From positions 480,001 to 544,000 of the forward strand of contig OZ242358.1 of NCBI GenBank assembly GCA_965208835.1: a stretch of 64,000 nucleotides of DNA, in the 5' to 3' direction. This stretch comes from Candidatus Latescibacterota bacterium. GTDB taxonomy: Bacteria; Latescibacterota; UBA2968; GCA-2709665. Below, piece after piece: positions 37,568 through 48,696 of the stretch (the stretch's first letter is position 1; every line of letters starts with the position of its first letter). Under the pieces are notes generated by a model. It was given only the letters and a program-made list of their open reading frames with translations. It ran no database searches and had not been told where the DNA came from. The translations under genes and the position numbers were made by a program.

Positions 37568-39154
37568 TTAAAATTTCGCCTGCCTCACCCACAGGAATTC
37601 CGGCGCCCCGGCGATTCGCTTCAGAACGTCGTCCGGCGCGGGCGAATCCAGACTGATCATCATGATGGCCTGCCCCCCGCGGCTGTCCCGCCCCAGCGCC
37701 ATATCCGCGATATTGAGCTCCTCCTCGGCCAGGAGCGACCCGATCCAGCCGACCACGCCCGGAACGTCCCGGTTGCAGCAGATCAGCACGTCCCCTTCCA
37801 GTTTGGCCTTCACTTCAAACCGGTCGACACGCACGACGCGCGCGTCGCTGCTGCCGAATACGGTGGCCGATATCGAAGTCCTTCCCACCGTCGTTTCGTA
37901 GTCTACCGTCATCAGGTTCGTGTAGTCTTTATGGGCGCTGCTCCGCGTCTCGTCGATCTTGACGCCGCGCTTCTGTGCGAAAAGAGGGGCGTTCACGTAC
38001 GTCACGAGTTCATCCGTCAGATTCGTAATGGCCCCTTTCAACACCGCTGCCGTCATCGGCGAAGTTGCGTATTTCAGGATATCGCCGTGGTACTCGATGG
38101 CGATTCGCCGGAGACTGCCGTGGCTCAACTGAGCCTGCAACGCGCCCACCTTCTCGGCCAACAGGAGATACGGACGGACGTCCTCGTAAAGGGACGGATC
38201 CACCGACGGCATATTGACGGCCCGATGGGCCGGCCGTTCCTTCAGAACCTCCCAGACGTCCTGTGCGATCTGACGCGCCACGCGCTCCTGCGCCTCCGCG
38301 GTTGAAGCGGCCAGATGGGGTGTGCAGATCACCTCCCGACGCCGCAGGAGCGGGTAATCCCTGGGCGGGGGTTCCTCCTCGTAAACGTCGAGCGCGGCTC
38401 CGGCCACCCTTCCATCCTCGATCGCATTCAGAAGCGCAGCCTCGTCGACCAGGCCTCCCCTCGCACAGTTGAGAATGCGAACGCCGGGTTTGCATTTCTC
38501 CAGTGACGCCGCGGAAATCAGGTGCCGCGTGTTCTCCATCAGCGGCGTATGCAGCGTGATATAATCCGCCGCCGCGTAGATTGCTTCCAGGGACGTCAGC
38601 TTCACCTGGTATCTGGCAGCCATCTCTTCAGAAAGGAAGGGATCGTGGCCCAGGGCCGTCATCCCCAGAGCCCGGGCCAGGCGGGCGACATGCTGTCCCA
38701 CCCGCCCCACGCCGATTATCCCCAGTACCTTACCATCCAACTCCACGCCCGTATAGGACTTTCGCTCCCACGCCCCGCGTTTCAGAGAGGCGGTCGCCTG
38801 CGGAATGTTGCGGCTGAGCGCAAGCAGCATCCCCACGGTATGTTCGGCCGTGGCAATGGTATTCCCGCCAGGCGAATGCACCACCACCACGCCCCGTTCA
38901 GTGGCGGCGCCAATATCAATGTTGTCCACGCCGACTCCCGCGCGTCCGATTACGCGGAGCCGGTGCGCCGCGGCCAGAATCTCCCGCGTTACATGCGTTT
39001 CGCTTCGGATGATCATCCCGTCGTAGGCGCCGATTTCACGTGCCAGTGCCTCCGGCGAGAGGCCCGTCCGGACGTCCACGTCGACATCCGGCGCCTCCGC
39101 GAACACGCTTTGCCAGCCGCGAGACAACGTATCTGCGATCAATACCCGCTTCAT
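37568..39154 (-). CDS. serA: D-3-phosphoglycerate dehydrogenase
   Basis: GRAGVGVDN, NCARGG and TPHLAAST motifs; C-terminal ASB/ACT domains. Confidence 0.95.
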   Translation of the reverse strand: MKRVLIADTLSRGWQSVFAEAPDVDVDVRTGLSPEALAREIGAYDGMIIRSETHVTREILAAAHRLRVIGRAGVGVDNIDIGAATERGVVVVHSPGGNTIATAEHTVGMLLALSRNIPQATASLKRGAWERKSYTGVELDGKVLGIIGVGRVGQHVARLARALGMTALGHDPFLSEEMAARYQVKLTSLEAIYAAADYITLHTPLMENTRHLISAASLEKCKPGVRILNCARGGLVDEAALLNAIEDGRVAGAALDVYEEEPPPRDYPLLRRREVICTPHLAASTAEAQERVARQIAQDVWEVLKERPAHRAVNMPSVDPSLYEDVRPYLLLAEKVGALQAQLSHGSLRRIAIEYHGDILKYATSPMTAAVLKGAITNLTDELVTYVNAPLFAQKRGVKIDETRSSAHKDYTNLMTVDYETTVGRTSISATVFGSSDARVVRVDRFEVKAKLEGDVLICCNRDVPGVVGWIGSLLAEEELNIADMALGRDSRGGQAIMMISLDSPAPDDVLKRIAGAPEFLWVRQAKF

Positions 39155-39166
39155 AGTTATCAAACA

Positions 39167-39315
39167 AGCTGTCAGCTGTCAGCTCTCAGCCGTCAGCGTA
39201 AACCAAAAGGCCAAACAGGCAACGTGCGCCCCGATTGCATATCCGGAGGGGCCGCCCTTGCGGCTGCCCGGGTCAATACGCAAGGTAAACAGGCTGTCAG
39301 CTCTCAGCCGTCAGC
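39167..39315. repeat. Two direct runs of AGCTGTC-type heptamers
   Basis: AGCTGTC AGCTGTC AGCTCTC AGCCGTC AGC at 39167 and a near-identical run at 39292. Confidence 0.7.
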
Positions 39316-40490
39316 GCGCACTGCGCGGCCTCGACACCGGCCCCGACTTCAAATTCCCAACCGGTCTCCCGAAGACCGGCTTCAAACGCCCCGACAGCCT
39401 CCAGGATTTCGGCATCGTCCACGTGCCCCAGGTTGGAAACCCGCACCATGCGGCCTCTGTAATCGCCCAGACCGCCGCCGACCACCACGCCGCATTCGCG
39501 CCGCATATGTTCCATCAACGCGAGGCCGTCCACACTCTCGGGCAGGACGATCGCGGTCAGCGCGTTTGAAGGCCGCCGCGCGAAACAGGTCAGTCCCAAC
39601 GCGGCTGCGGACCGACGCACCGCCAGCGCGTGCCGCGCATGCCGCGCCCAGACGTTCCGGATGCCCTCCTCGCGGAACATCTGCAGCGCCGCCCGAAGCC
39701 CCGCCAGCAGCGTAACCGGCAGGGTGGCCGGCGCCCGACCCTGGACCATTGCCGTCCTGTAATGTTCAAGGTCCCAGTAGTACTTCGGAAGCCGGCTCCG
39801 CCGGTGCGCTTTCCAGACCCGCGGCCCCACCGCCGCGATTCCCATACCCGGAGGCAGCATCAGTCCCTTCTGGGACGCCGTCACCGCCAGGTCCACGTTC
39901 CACGCCTCCGGAGGCAGCGGATGAGCCGCCACGCTTGAGATGCCGTCCACGACGAGCAGCGCGCCCGTCCCCCTGACGATCTCGCCAATCGAGGCGATGT
40001 CGTGCAATACGCCGGTGGACGTCTCGCTGTGTGTGGCAAACACGACTCGTAAACCGGGGTCGTCCCGAAGCGCTTCGGCCACGACCTGCGGATCCACCGC
40101 CTCACCCCAGGGGAATTCGCTTTCGACGACCTCGACCCCGTAAGCCCGGCAGAGGTCCGTCCATCGCGCGCCGAACTGCCCTGCCTGCACGACCAGGGCC
40201 CGGTCGCCGGCGCAAAGGGAATTGGCGACCGCAGCCTCCATCACGCCCGTACCCGAGCATGAGAGCAGAAACACGTCGTAGGCAGTCGGAAAGACCTCCT
40301 GAAGCCCTTCGACCGCATTTCGAAGCAGCGCGGGAAATTCCGGGCCGCGGTGGTAGACCGGAGTACCGGCCATCGCAGCCTGGACCTTTTCGGGAATGGG
40401 TGTCGGACCGGGTGTAAAAAGCCGTTGCCGCCTCAGCCCGTCGGGCGAACCGTGTTTTTCCTCACCAACGGGGTTATTCTTCGATGACAT
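39297..40490 (-). CDS. Class V PLP aminotransferase (serine/alanine-glyoxylate type)
   Basis: LFTPGPTP, HSETSTG, VDGISS and SQKGLMLPPG motifs; adjacent to serA. Confidence 0.9.
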   Translation of the reverse strand: MSSKNNPVGEEKHGSPDGLRRQRLFTPGPTPIPEKVQAAMAGTPVYHRGPEFPALLRNAVEGLQEVFPTAYDVFLLSCSGTGVMEAAVANSLCAGDRALVVQAGQFGARWTDLCRAYGVEVVESEFPWGEAVDPQVVAEALRDDPGLRVVFATHSETSTGVLHDIASIGEIVRGTGALLVVDGISSVAAHPLPPEAWNVDLAVTASQKGLMLPPGMGIAAVGPRVWKAHRRSRLPKYYWDLEHYRTAMVQGRAPATLPVTLLAGLRAALQMFREEGIRNVWARHARHALAVRRSAAALGLTCFARRPSNALTAIVLPESVDGLALMEHMRRECGVVVGGGLGDYRGRMVRVSNLGHVDDAEILEAVGAFEAGLRETGWEFEVGAGVEAAQCALTAES

Positions 40491-41061
40491 GCCGGATCCA
40501 ACTCCAGACATCCTGCCTGCCCAGACCCGAAACCGCGGAAAACGGTACGAGATCGAACTCCCCCACCCGGGAAAGCAGGTCCCGCGTCCGGTCCAGCCGG
40601 GACTTCTGCCGGCTCCCCGGAAGCTTGTCAGCCTTGGTGGCAACCACGAGAAACGGCCGGTCGAACTGCATGAGCCAGTCGGCCATTTCCACGTCGCGGG
40701 CCGTCGGATCGTGCCGGGCATCCATGAGATGCAATATGCCGCGCAATGACGTCCTTGTATCCAGATAACCGTTGATCAGTTCGGCCCACTGCCGGCGTTC
40801 CTGCTGCCCCCGCTTTGCGTAGCCATACCCGGGCAGGTCCACGAAATGCAGCGCCCCGTTCACGCAGTAGTAGTTCAGCGTTCGGGTCTTGCCCGGCGTC
40901 TTGCTGGTGCCCGCGAGTTGTCTTCGGTTCAACAGCCGGTTGAGAAGCGAGGATTTCCCCACGTTCGAACGGCCGGCAAACGCGATTTCCGGCAGGCCTT
41001 CCATTGGAAGACGATCCGGATCGGCGACACTCGTAACAAAACTGGCGGAACGGATCTGCAT
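40474..41061 (-). CDS. engB: Ribosome biogenesis GTPase EngB/YihA
   Basis: GRSNVGKSS, DLPGYG and TKADK motifs. Confidence 0.95.
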   Translation of the reverse strand: MQIRSASFVTSVADPDRLPMEGLPEIAFAGRSNVGKSSLLNRLLNRRQLAGTSKTPGKTRTLNYYCVNGALHFVDLPGYGYAKRGQQERRQWAELINGYLDTRTSLRGILHLMDARHDPTARDVEMADWLMQFDRPFLVVATKADKLPGSRQKSRLDRTRDLLSRVGEFDLVPFSAVSGLGRQDVWSWIRHVIEE

Positions 41062-41163
41062 GACGGGCAACCGGGATCGTGCTCATTGCCGGACACATAG
41101 AAAACCGGGGCAATGGACCCCGGTTCCGAGGGCTACTAAAAAATGGATGAAGCCGAAATAATT

Positions 41164-42405
41164 CTATGCGCTCTTTTTCTCTTCGATGTGAAGCCGTGGC
41201 CTGGATTTGCCGGCCACCATCTCTTTCGTAACCACAACCGGCTTGCGTGCCGGATTGGAGGGGAGGTCGTACATCAGATCGATCATGATGTCCTCCAGAA
41301 CGGATCGCAACCCCCTGGCGCCCGTACCCTTCTGGACGGTTCGCTTTACCACCTCGTTCAGGGCCGCGTCCTCGAATTCGAGATCGGCGCCATCCATCTC
41401 GAACAGTTTCTGATACTGCTTGGTAATCGCATTCTTCGGCTCGGTCAGAATCTTGAACAATGCCTCCTCATCGAGATCGCTGAGAGAACACGTTATGGGC
41501 AGCCTGCCGACCAGTTCGGGAATCAGGCCGTACCTGATGAGGTCCTCCGGCTCCACATCTGCAAAGAACGCGCCCGCGTTCCGTTTTTCCTCGGGACCGT
41601 CCTTCGCGCCGAAGCCGATGGTCTTTTCGCCGATCCGGTTGCTGATGATTTCTTCCAGGCCGTCGAATGCTCCGCCGCAAATGAACAGGATATTCCTCGT
41701 ATTCACCTGGATCAGGGGCTGCTCGGGATGTTTCCGTCCGCCCTTCGGCGGTATGCTGGCGACGGTGCCCTCGAGGATCTTCAACAGGGCCTGCTGCACG
41801 CCTTCCCCGGATACGTCGCGTGTAATCGACGGGTTGGCCGCCTTCCTGGAGATCTTGTCGACTTCGTCCAGATAGAGAATGCCCATTTCCGCCTGCGCGA
41901 CGTCGTAGTCGGCCGCCTGCAAAAGGCGGACGAGGATATTCTCAACGTCTTCGCCTACATATCCGGCTTCGGTGAGAATTGTCGCGTCCGCGATGGAGAA
42001 AGGAACGTCCAGGATGCGCGCGAGCGTCTGCGCCAGCAGGGTCTTCCCTGTACCCGTGGGCCCGACGAGCAGTATATTGCTCTTCTCGAGTTCGACGTCG
42101 TCCGTAATGACGCGGGAGCGGATCCGCTTGTAGTGGTTGTAAACCGCGACGGAAAGCGTGCGCTTGGCCGCCTCCTGGCCGATCACGTAGTCGTCCAGCC
42201 GGGTCTTGATCGTTGCGGGTTTGGGAAGCTTCTGCCGTGACGAAACCGGCTTTTGCCTGGCGTCCTCCTGCAGCACTTCGTTGCACAGTTTGACGCAGTC
42301 GCTGCAAATGTGCACCGAAGTCCCAGTGATGATCTTTTCGACCTGGTCGTTGCCCTTGTCGCAAAAAGAGCACCGTACATCGGCTCGGGAAGTTCGCCGT
42401 TTCAT
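41164..42405 (-). CDS. clpX: Clp protease ATP-binding subunit ClpX
   Basis: CSFC zinc finger, GPTGTGKT and [10 protein letters not shown] motifs. Confidence 0.98.
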   Translation of the reverse strand: MKRRTSRADVRCSFCDKGNDQVEKIITGTSVHICSDCVKLCNEVLQEDARQKPVSSRQKLPKPATIKTRLDDYVIGQEAAKRTLSVAVYNHYKRIRSRVITDDVELEKSNILLVGPTGTGKTLLAQTLARILDVPFSIADATILTEAGYVGEDVENILVRLLQAADYDVAQAEMGILYLDEVDKISRKAANPSITRDVSGEGVQQALLKILEGTVASIPPKGGRKHPEQPLIQVNTRNILFICGGAFDGLEEIISNRIGEKTIGFGAKDGPEEKRNAGAFFADVEPEDLIRYGLIPELVGRLPITCSLSDLDEEALFKILTEPKNAITKQYQKLFEMDGADLEFEDAALNEVVKRTVQKGTGARGLRSVLEDIMIDLMYDLPSNPARKPVVVTKEMVAGKSRPRLHIEEKKSA

Positions 42406-42466
42406 AAGTCACCCATGATTTCGCGACCGTTGATACAGGACGACATCGTTGACGCCAGGGTGGGGC

Positions 42467-43081
42467 TTACTCATCGTCCTCGATCACGAGGCCTTCTTCC
42501 TTGCTTGGCGCCAGTACCTCATCGATCACCCCGTACTCCAGGGCCTCGTCGGCGGACATGAAGAAATCCCGATCGGCATCCTTGGCAACCCGCTCGATCG
42601 GCTGCCCGGTCTGCTCCGCCAGAATCTCGTTGAGCCTGTCCCGCCACTGGAGGATTTCCCTGGCATGGCGTTCCACGTCTGAAGCCTGACCGCCGGCTCC
42701 GCCCATGGGCTGATGCACGAGGATCCGGGAATTCGGGAGGGCGCGCCGCTGCCCCTTTGTGCCACCGGCAAGGAGCACGGCGGCGATACTGAATGCCTGG
42801 CCGACGCAAACGGTTTCGACTTCGTTGGGCACGTACTGCATGGTATCGTAAATGGCCAGTCCGGCCGTAATACTGCCCCCTGGCGAATTGATGTACAACC
42901 GAATGGTCTTGTCCGGCGATTCCGAACTGCAGAACAGCATCTGGGCAATCACCAGGTTTGCAATGGTATCGTTGATCGGAAACCCGATGAAGATAATATT
43001 GTCCCTTAAGAGACGGGAGAAGATGTCGTAGGACCGTTCGCCCAGCCCCGTCTTCTCCAATACCATGGGTACAAGTGCCAT
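42467..43081 (-). CDS. clpP: Clp protease proteolytic subunit
   Basis: [16 protein letters not shown] and HQP motifs. Confidence 0.98.
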   Translation of the reverse strand: MALVPMVLEKTGLGERSYDIFSRLLRDNIIFIGFPINDTIANLVIAQMLFCSSESPDKTIRLYINSPGGSITAGLAIYDTMQYVPNEVETVCVGQAFSIAAVLLAGGTKGQRRALPNSRILVHQPMGGAGGQASDVERHAREILQWRDRLNEILAEQTGQPIERVAKDADRDFFMSADEALEYGVIDEVLAPSKEEGLVIEDDE

Positions 43082-43133
43082 AAGCGTCTAATCTCCCTCC
43101 CTCTTCGGTCCTGAATCCGTAACGCGGGCCGTC

Positions 43134-44441
43134 CTATTTTGCGTCGACTTCTTCGATTTCGGCATGTTCGATCAGAAAATCGAACGTCTTTTCCGTCAGC
43201 AGGTTGGACTCGATTCTTTCGATCTGGTCCGAACGTTTGAGTATCTGTCGGAGTTGTTCGCGTTCCGTGTTGTATCGACGCGACATGACGTCGAGTTGGC
43301 TGTCCATCTCCGCCTCTTCCACTTCCAGTTCTTCCTGCTTCTGGATCGCCTCCATTAATATATGACGCTTCAAGCCGCGAATGGTGCCCTCGCGGCTTTC
43401 CTGGCGAATCGCGTCTTCATCGATGTCCTGTTCGCGTCCTTCGTGTTCTTTCTTCTGATTCTCCACCAACGTGTCCAGCGCACTTTCAACCATGGTCTCA
43501 GGAAGGTCGAACGCGTTTTTTCGAATCAATTCGTCTACGATGTGGCCCTCGAGATAGCGCCGGGAGGCGAAATCGGCCTGCGCTTGGAGATCGGTCCGGA
43601 TCTGAGCCGTGAGTTCGTCCAGCGACTCGAACTGACCCTGATCTTTGGCGAATTCGTCGTCCAGTTCCGGCAGCGTGCGTTCCCGAACCTCTCTTGCCGA
43701 AAACATCATGCGGATCTCACGTCCATCCTGGTGTTGGGAACCCTCGTTTTGGGCTTCGTTTTCGTCTTCACCCGTATGCGTCAGCACAATCCGCCGGGTT
43801 TCGCCCGCGGAAATGCCCACAAGCTGATTGTCGAGGTCGTGGTTGGCGTTCCTCCCGCCGATATGAAAAGGGCGTTCTTCCTGTTTGCGGCCGATAATCG
43901 GCAACCCGCTCTCATCCAGTTCCTGAAGATCGGCAACCACAACATCGCCCAACTCGGCGGGCCTGTCGACTTCCTGCTCCGTGGCGTTCTGTTCCTGGAC
44001 GCGCTGGAGTTGTTCCTCTACGTCGGCGTCCGTGACTTTAAATACGGGTCGGGTGGTTTTCAGGCCCCGGTAATCCTGTGCGACGATTTCCGGCTTGACG
44101 TCCACCGAAGCCGTAAATTTCAGCGGCTGCCCCTCTTCGTAGTTCACGTCTTCGATCGTGGCTTCCGAAATCGGAGTCAATCCCTCCGATCTGCTTGCAT
44201 CCCGGTAGCATTCCTGCATCACCTCTTGCAGGACCTCGCCCTGGATCGCCTTGCCGAACCGTTTTTTGACCAGGCTCACAGGTATCTTTCCCTTGCGAAA
44301 ACCCGGCAAATTCAACGATTTACTGTAATTCTTGTATGCGGTCTCGAATCGCCGGCGCACGTCCGCGCCAGGGACCTCGACCTCAAACGTCCTGCGCCAC
44401 GCGTCCGACTCTGAAACGGTCACTTTCATAACGTCCGGCAT
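43134..44441 (-). CDS. tig: Trigger factor
   Basis: PGFRKGKIP motif; located upstream of clpP-clpX. Confidence 0.95.
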   Translation of the reverse strand: MPDVMKVTVSESDAWRRTFEVEVPGADVRRRFETAYKNYSKSLNLPGFRKGKIPVSLVKKRFGKAIQGEVLQEVMQECYRDASRSEGLTPISEATIEDVNYEEGQPLKFTASVDVKPEIVAQDYRGLKTTRPVFKVTDADVEEQLQRVQEQNATEQEVDRPAELGDVVVADLQELDESGLPIIGRKQEERPFHIGGRNANHDLDNQLVGISAGETRRIVLTHTGEDENEAQNEGSQHQDGREIRMMFSAREVRERTLPELDDEFAKDQGQFESLDELTAQIRTDLQAQADFASRRYLEGHIVDELIRKNAFDLPETMVESALDTLVENQKKEHEGREQDIDEDAIRQESREGTIRGLKRHILMEAIQKQEELEVEEAEMDSQLDVMSRRYNTEREQLRQILKRSDQIERIESNLLTEKTFDFLIEHAEIEEVDAK

Positions 44442-44636
44442 CCTTCCGACGCTTCCGCATCTTCTTTTCAGATTTCAGGACGATCCAATCGCAAATGATA
44501 AGTAAACGCAGCGGTTTTGTCAATTCGTTTGCCGCAGACGCAAGGGGTTTCGTCCGAGGGACGCGAATTACCCGATCCCGACTGCTGCAGCGGGAGATGC
44601 ACCTTCTCTCGCACCATTCAAGGCGACGCTGGCACG

Positions 44637-44670
44637 AAAAAAAATCCGGACACGACTCCTGCCCGGATCT
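44637..44670 (-). terminator. Terminator after the radical SAM gene
   Basis: ATCCGGGCA...TGTCCGGAT stem followed by a T-run on the minus strand. Confidence 0.65.
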
Positions 44671-44693
44671 GATCAACGTCTGTGGGCGGTACC

Positions 44694-46631
44694 TCAGGAG
44701 GCCACCGGCTCCTGTGCGTCCGGCGCCGCAATGATCTTTCGAATGGTGTCCTTCTCGGAGCCGCAGCAGCCACTGCCATTTTCGTTTCCGTTGATGACCG
44801 GCAGCTCGAGTTCGCCGTCTTCGGTCTCCCGGACCCGCAGCGTGTGTTCCGTCCCGGGCAGCGGCATGTCGCGGTTGCCCGCGTAAATGGAGTGCCGACC
44901 CCTGGTCTTGAACCACTCGGCCGTTGTAGCGGTCATATGCATATTTTCTATAATCTGACGCCAGCCGACGCCCGTGTTGTAAGCGCAGAAGGAGATTTCG
45001 CCCTCCTGGGTCCCGTACGGAATTACGCACATTTCAGTTCGGCGGAAATCGTAGGTCCACAGATCCTGGAACCACATTCCGCCTACCCACATAATGCGCC
45101 ACTGCCTGTCTTCCGGTCTGGGACCGCCGCTGATGGAACCCCCCACCCTGCGGTCGAGAATCCGCGCGAGGTCCTGAATGCCGAACCCGGCCGGCGCTTT
45201 CTTCGGGTTGAAGTTCCGGAGCAGCGACATGCCCACCTGCAGCTTGATCCATCCGGGGTCGCGCGCGGTGTCCGTCATCACCTCGATGTCCTTCATAAAC
45301 TGTTCCTGGTTGAAGAACTCGGTGATGGTCGCCCACTTCCCCGTTTTCTCGTTTACGACGATGTGGGCGGCGGAACCACAGTTGGGGTGGCAGGAGCAGG
45401 TCTGACCCCCGAACTCAACGTCCTCCCCGCGCAGATGGTCTGCCAGCGTGGTAAACAGCGTCCCCGCTCCCAGCGGGTACCAGTCCCGGTGGGCGTCGAT
45501 CTTCCCGTTGGACCACGTCTGAAGATCGTGTGCGAGGTGGGATATGGTGTAGCGCTGCCGGTGCCGCATTTCGTCGGAGATGTCTTCGTCGCGTCCGGTA
45601 AACGACACGGGCTGGAAGGATATCGAACCGACCTTGTCGCTGTTGTCGATGCAGAACTGGAGTATCGGCCCTACCTGATCGTTATTGATGGTATTCAATA
45701 CGGTTGTGACGGGCGTGATATCGATACCGGCGCGGGACAGATTCTCAATTGCCAGCAGCTTGGCGTCGAACAGATTGGAAATCTGCCGATGCTGGTTGGC
45801 CGCATTGGTTACGCCGTCGAACTGCAGGTACGCCATGTCGAAACCGGCCGCCTTCGCCTCGAACGCGAAATCCGGCTCTTTGGCGAAGCGCACCCCGTTG
45901 GTTGCGGCCTGCACGCACCAATAGCCGACCTCCTTGGCATACCGGCACGCATCGAGAAAATGAGGCGAAATCGTGGGCTCTCCGCCCGAAAACTGTACCG
46001 ACATCTGCCGGCGCGGTTTGAAGGAAATCGATGCGTCCAGGATCCGCTTCACGTCATCAAGGGTGAGTTCGTGGACGTACCCCACCTGGTTCGCGTCCAT
46101 GAAACAGGGATTGCACATCATATTGCAGCGGTTGGTGAGGTCGATCGTCAGCACGGCCCCCCTGCCGTACTTGATGCTGGACGTCCCGTGCCGGTGCACG
46201 TGCTCGTCTCCCCATGTGCGGTAATCGCGTCCGGGGAAACGGCCCTCAATCAGGCGCGTAAATTCCGGATCGATAGAGAGCACGTCTTCATAGGTGCCGT
46301 GGACCGAGCAGGTCTTCCGCATGATGATACACCCGTTTTCCTCGAGGATCTCCGCCTTGATCTCTCCGGGATTCCCGTGTACCAGTTCCGCGACGTCCCG
46401 GGTACCTTCGATGATGGCGGTCCGGACCTCCTTCACGCAATCGGGACACAGCGAATCGGTTTCGCGCGGAAAACCGAGTGTCGGCATGGATCGCTGATAA
46501 CTCTTCAGCAGCGGCGCCGACGCCCATGCAGGCTGGAACGGCTGACCCTCGGGGAGCCTGGTATTCACGCTCTGGAAGACATTCCAGGCGACGTTGGCAG
46601 CCCCCGAAACGACGCGGTCACGAAAACTCAT
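44694..46631 (-). CDS. Radical SAM protein of the tetraether synthase (Tes)/MJ0619 family
   Basis: N-terminal SLCPDC...KTCSVHG, DLTNRCNMMCNPC (CX3CX2C), CHPNCG, and C-terminal YDFRRTEMCVIPY...ISFCAYN. Confidence 0.78.
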   Translation of the reverse strand: MSFRDRVVSGAANVAWNVFQSVNTRLPEGQPFQPAWASAPLLKSYQRSMPTLGFPRETDSLCPDCVKEVRTAIIEGTRDVAELVHGNPGEIKAEILEENGCIIMRKTCSVHGTYEDVLSIDPEFTRLIEGRFPGRDYRTWGDEHVHRHGTSSIKYGRGAVLTIDLTNRCNMMCNPCFMDANQVGYVHELTLDDVKRILDASISFKPRRQMSVQFSGGEPTISPHFLDACRYAKEVGYWCVQAATNGVRFAKEPDFAFEAKAAGFDMAYLQFDGVTNAANQHRQISNLFDAKLLAIENLSRAGIDITPVTTVLNTINNDQVGPILQFCIDNSDKVGSISFQPVSFTGRDEDISDEMRHRQRYTISHLAHDLQTWSNGKIDAHRDWYPLGAGTLFTTLADHLRGEDVEFGGQTCSCHPNCGSAAHIVVNEKTGKWATITEFFNQEQFMKDIEVMTDTARDPGWIKLQVGMSLLRNFNPKKAPAGFGIQDLARILDRRVGGSISGGPRPEDRQWRIMWVGGMWFQDLWTYDFRRTEMCVIPYGTQEGEISFCAYNTGVGWRQIIENMHMTATTAEWFKTRGRHSIYAGNRDMPLPGTEHTLRVRETEDGELELPVINGNENGSGCCGSEKDTIRKIIAAPDAQEPVAS

Positions 46632-46787
46632 CTCGTGGTCCCTTCAAAATGGTCCAAACAATTCAGATTCAACATTTTGTCACGATGTACTCACGTCCGA
46701 ATGATGAAATAGTTCGATTATTCACGGCGCATAGCAAAAGGAATATAAACAAAAACTACTTGCCGTCAAGCGCTTCGTGTTCAGTTG

Positions 46788-47567
46788 TTACACTCGTTGC
46801 CGCATAATTCGTCTCATATTTTCTCCGAAGATTCCCTTGCGCTGGCGCGCCGTGATCGCCGCTCCCAGCACCTTGCCCACCCCGGCCTCCATCGACACAT
46901 CCGTCGCAAACAGCACGCGGCCCGCCCCCAACTGGCGCACGGCCATCTCGATGAATCCGTCGTCGTTCAGGCTTCCGCTGGTATCCACGTATACATTCGG
47001 GACATCCCGCAGTGTCTTGATCGCCCACTCCCAGTCTCCCACGATCGGATGCCCCTCTATTATGGTAACTTCGGGATAGAGTCGCGCCAGCCGCGCAAAG
47101 TCGCCGCTGTCCGAGCGGTATGTCTGCCACGGTCTGCCGGACACGGGCGTCTGCTTTCCGCCGTGGTGCAGAATCGGCACGCGCAGTTCGATGCACCGCT
47201 CCACGATCGGCAACACCATGGGGTCCCAGCACCTGCATTGGTTGTAGAGCTTCACGCCCATCATACCGTGCTTCAGAACACACCGGTCAATTTCATCTCT
47301 CGCTTCATGCTGGAACCGGGGATCCAGAAATGCATATCCCAGAATGCGTCCGGGAAATCGCCGCATGGCGTAGATGACGCTGTCGTTCACCTCCCGCATT
47401 CCGTCCGGCCGGGGGTTGTCCAATCCCTGAATCGGTATCGAACAGCAGAGCTGATCTATCTTCAGTCGATCCGCCGCTTCGATCACCATCCGGTCGTCGG
47501 TCCATTTGCCCCGCCAGCCCACGGATGCGAGATTACCGGCGACGTGCATGTGCGCATCGATCCGCAT
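46788..47567 (-). CDS. Amidohydrolase family protein
   Basis: IDAHMH, YVDTSG and VLFATD motifs. Confidence 0.85.
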   Translation of the reverse strand: MRIDAHMHVAGNLASVGWRGKWTDDRMVIEAADRLKIDQLCCSIPIQGLDNPRPDGMREVNDSVIYAMRRFPGRILGYAFLDPRFQHEARDEIDRCVLKHGMMGVKLYNQCRCWDPMVLPIVERCIELRVPILHHGGKQTPVSGRPWQTYRSDSGDFARLARLYPEVTIIEGHPIVGDWEWAIKTLRDVPNVYVDTSGSLNDDGFIEMAVRQLGAGRVLFATDVSMEAGVGKVLGAAITARQRKGIFGENMRRIMRQRV

Positions 47568-47793
47568 GCCTGCCGCTCCTTTTAGGAAGACCCTGCCGCA
47601 AGACCTTGACGCCCCGATTGCCAATCCCTATTATGGCTCACCCGGAACGGATTTACAAGCAGTTTCGACGCGTTTTCAGATTCAATAGGGTCAGATCACG
47701 GATGCCCGGGGAAGGCGATCCCGGAACAACCCCACACGGGCGCGGAACGGCTGCCGGCAATGCGCTACCGCGATTTATTACAGGAGAAATCCC

Positions 47794-48696
47794 ATGCGCC
47801 GGTTTACCCGAAAACCTTATCTGACAGGGTCCGAAGCCGTCGAGCGCGGCCAGGTTCGCGGCACGATCGAACTCGGCGAGACGCTCGTCATCGAAACGCC
47901 CGGCGGCGCCGACGGCGATCTGAAGCCGGGGGTCATCCCCGAAACCACCACGCCGCGGGGCTCGCGCCAGGGGGGTCCGTTTCTCATCGAGGGTGTTGTT
48001 CCCGGCGACTGGGTTTCCATCGAAGTCATCGATATCGAAGTGGGTCCCTATGGGTACTACAACAACGGCGGACCGTTTCGAGGCAGCCTGCGTTCGGTCG
48101 CTCCTGTAAAAGACGGCTTCCTGCACTTCCCTCCGGACTTCGTGGTCCCGGTCCGACCGATGATCGGCGTTATGCAACTGGCGCCCGTCTCCGAGGACAC
48201 GGGTCCCTGGAACCATGGCGGCAACATGGACTTCAATTCCATCTGTCCGGGCAGTATCGTGCATATCCGCGCCCAACGATACGGCGGCCACTTCTACGTG
48301 GGCGACGTCCACGCCCGCATGGGCGACGGCGAACTCACCGGCACCGGCGTGGAAATCGACTCCGCGCTCACGCTGCGATTCGATCGCTCGCCGGGTTTTC
48401 CCGCCGGCGGGCCGGTCGTGGAAACCGGCGACGAGATCCTGACCAGCGGAATGGGCGCAAACTGGGAAGAAGCGCTGAAAATCGCCTGGACGGACATGGT
48501 CGGTCTCATCGCAGACCGTTACGATACCACCGTGGAACACGCGAATCTGATTGTGGGTACGATAGGCGACGCGAGGCCGGGGTACGCGGCGGGCCAGCTG
48601 AATACCCGGGGTTTCAGAAGAGAAAACGCGTACGTCACCTGTCAGATCGGCATCACGAAAGACTTGAAGAGAACCGGTCGACCCTTCCAGCCGTAA
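47794..48696 (+). CDS. Acetamidase/formamidase family protein
   Basis: GPFLIEG, PMIGV, HGGNMD and GDVHARMGDGE motifs. Confidence 0.88.
   Translation: MRRFTRKPYLTGSEAVERGQVRGTIELGETLVIETPGGADGDLKPGVIPETTTPRGSRQGGPFLIEGVVPGDWVSIEVIDIEVGPYGYYNNGGPFRGSLRSVAPVKDGFLHFPPDFVVPVRPMIGVMQLAPVSEDTGPWNHGGNMDFNSICPGSIVHIRAQRYGGHFYVGDVHARMGDGELTGTGVEIDSALTLRFDRSPGFPAGGPVVETGDEILTSGMGANWEEALKIAWTDMVGLIADRYDTTVEHANLIVGTIGDARPGYAAGQLNTRGFRRENAYVTCQIGITKDLKRTGRPFQP

Noticed and set aside
44441-44690. tRNA upstream of tig
   Set aside because: No cloverleaf or T-loop consensus could be identified.
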